Of a DNA stretch of 34,635 nucleotides, positions 33,736 through 34,635 are shown piece by piece. Every line of letters starts with the position of its first letter. Positions within the stretch are counted from its first letter, which is position 1. The stretch is from IMG/VR virus record IMGVR_UViG_3300027754_000043. One strand, written 5' to 3'. A model generated the notes under the pieces. The model had not been told where the DNA came from. It was given only the letters and a program-made list of their open reading frames with translations, and did not search any database. The position numbers and the translations under genes are program-made. This DNA is from a virus. Lineage: Duplodnaviria; Heunggongvirae; Uroviricota; Caudoviricetes.

Positions 33736-33830
33736 TATTCAAGAACAATAAACAGAAATTAGTGTCGACAAATCTCCTTAGGCAATATGTTTATTTTCTT
33801 GTTAGGAATGGTTAATTACTCCATTCTTTG

Positions 33831-33902
33831 TATTCCGTACGGGAATCGAACCCGTGCCTCTGCCGTGAAAGGGCAGCGTGTTAACCGCTTCACTAACGGA
33901 AC
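33831..33902 (-). tRNA. tRNA-Glu(TTC)
   Basis: Canonical cloverleaf, CTGCC-CTTTCAC-GGCAG. Confidence 0.95.
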
Positions 33903-34057
33903 GTGTAGCAATATGGATGATTAAACCTAACGAACTATTGCTATATCCGATAATATGTTTCTCGCTACACATTATAAAAACGCTATTGATTTCGACCCAA
34001 TAGTTAAGACGGCATGTTTCTAGATACATGATATCATAATGAGTAATCAACTCATCG

Positions 34058-34139
34058 TGGAGCCGGCAGGATTCGAACCTGCGAACTCAAAGAGGGCAGA
34101 TTTACAGTCTGCTGGCATTAACCACTCGCCCACGTCTCC
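34058..34139 (-). tRNA. tRNA-Tyr(GTA)
   Basis: GCAGA-CTGTAAA-TCTGC with long variable arm. Confidence 0.95.
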
Positions 34140-34182
34140 ATTATAAAATGTTTTGCTCTTTTTAAACTAACTGAAGGTGTAC

Positions 34183-34212
34183 TGCCGACAGTATTGGATT
34201 TGAACCAATATC
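34183..34212 (-). pseudogene. orphan tRNA 3' fragment (T arm + acceptor strand)
   Basis: ATTGG-TTCAAAT-CCAAT-ACTGTCGGC with no matching 5' half. Confidence 0.5.
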
Positions 34213-34219
34213 TTTTTTG

Positions 34220-34291
34220 CGGTCCATGACGGTTACGATCCGTCTACTCTACCGTGACAGGGTAGGATGATAGCCACTTCACCAATGGACC
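34220..34291 (-). tRNA. tRNA-Asp(GTC), atypical T loop
   Basis: CTACC-CTGTCAC-GGTAG, G73; T loop ATCGTAA. Confidence 0.9.
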
Positions 34292-34326
34292 TGATGATTG
34301 CCTAGCGGTTACTAGGACTTAAACCG

Positions 34327-34399
34327 TGGAGCTGATGAGATTCGAACCCACATCCTTTACCTTGCAAAGGTAACGCTCAGCCAATTGAGCTACAGCCCC
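34327..34399 (-). tRNA. tRNA-Ala(TGC)
   Basis: G3:U70, TTACC-TTTGCAA-GGTAA. Confidence 0.95.
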
Positions 34400-34426
34400 A
34401 TATAAGATAAGTGAATTTATCTTTTG

Positions 34427-34508
34427 TACTCAAGGAGAGACTCGAACTCTCACGCCTTGCGGCAATAGATCCTAAATCTACCGTGACTACCAATTCCACC
34501 ACCCAAGC
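34427..34508 (-). tRNA. tRNA-Leu(TAG)
   Basis: GTAGA-TTTAGGA-TCTAT with variable arm GCC-GCAA-GGC. Confidence 0.95.
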
Positions 34509-34619
34509 ATTTTATTTATTCTAATATGTCAAAGATCTTATTGCTTATTTACTTTTATATAATATGAAAATTCATTTCGTTTTCCAACCGTTATACAAAC
34601 TTTTTTATTTTTTTTTTTG

Positions 34620-34635
34620 AGGTTCTGATGAGATT
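34620..34635 (-). tRNA. probable 3' end of a tRNA cut by the window edge
   Basis: Minus AAT-CTCAT-CAGAACC-T parallels the T-arm/acceptor end of the Ala tRNA. Confidence 0.45.

Larger units (their letters stand above)
11420..34589 (-). promoter_or_regulatory. class II promoter motif GGTTGG-N17..20-(C/T)ATATTA (dispersed, 10 copies)
   Basis: Plus-strand ccaacc at 11442, 21839, 22315, 22647, 25524, 27841, 29585, 31894, 33226 and 34584; all intergenic, most with a taatat(a/g)-like element at similar spacing. Confidence 0.75.

Noticed and set aside
1-34635. Stop-codon recoding (TGA or TAG reassigned)
   Set aside because: Recognisable proteins are intact under the standard code, and TGA/TAG end genes at tight junctions such as ATGA overlaps at 5937, 8235, 25122 and 26637.

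Overview
AT-rich, densely coding fragment of a large (jumbo-type) tailed phage genome, very probably infecting Bacteroidota. The host call rests on a DUF4494-like gene, a Bacteroidota histone-H1-like gene, a sigma factor lacking region 1.1, -33/-7-type promoters and no Shine-Dalgarno sites. Almost all genes from 2.2 kb onward are on the minus strand. 1-14 kb: putative late/virion block. It has ATATTTATA promoter motifs and several proteins starting with a shared MI(K/R)LxxLLxE leader, including two atypical kinases and a modular lysozyme, plus a T4-T-like holin candidate. 14.2-22.9 kb: putative early block of small genes behind 13 copies of a promoter repeat, including an AAA+ ATPase and a sigma70 factor, bracketed by two unusual non-coding regions (G/C-run tract; CTAAAAATAG arrays). 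23-33 kb: small accessory genes behind a second promoter class. 33.2-34.6 kb: tRNA cluster. The most striking signals are non-coding RNAs: (i) a hairpin whose 29-nt loop is the antisense of the AGAGATATGA start-codon context shared by many phage genes, inside an apparent RNA-only operon; (ii) two 130-nt tRNA-like RNAs with the same acceptor/D/T scaffold but unrelated inserts instead of an anticodon arm; (iii) a ~270-nt folded RNA right after a conserved 303-aa gene. All family assignments are from motif recognition by eye; no database searches were run.
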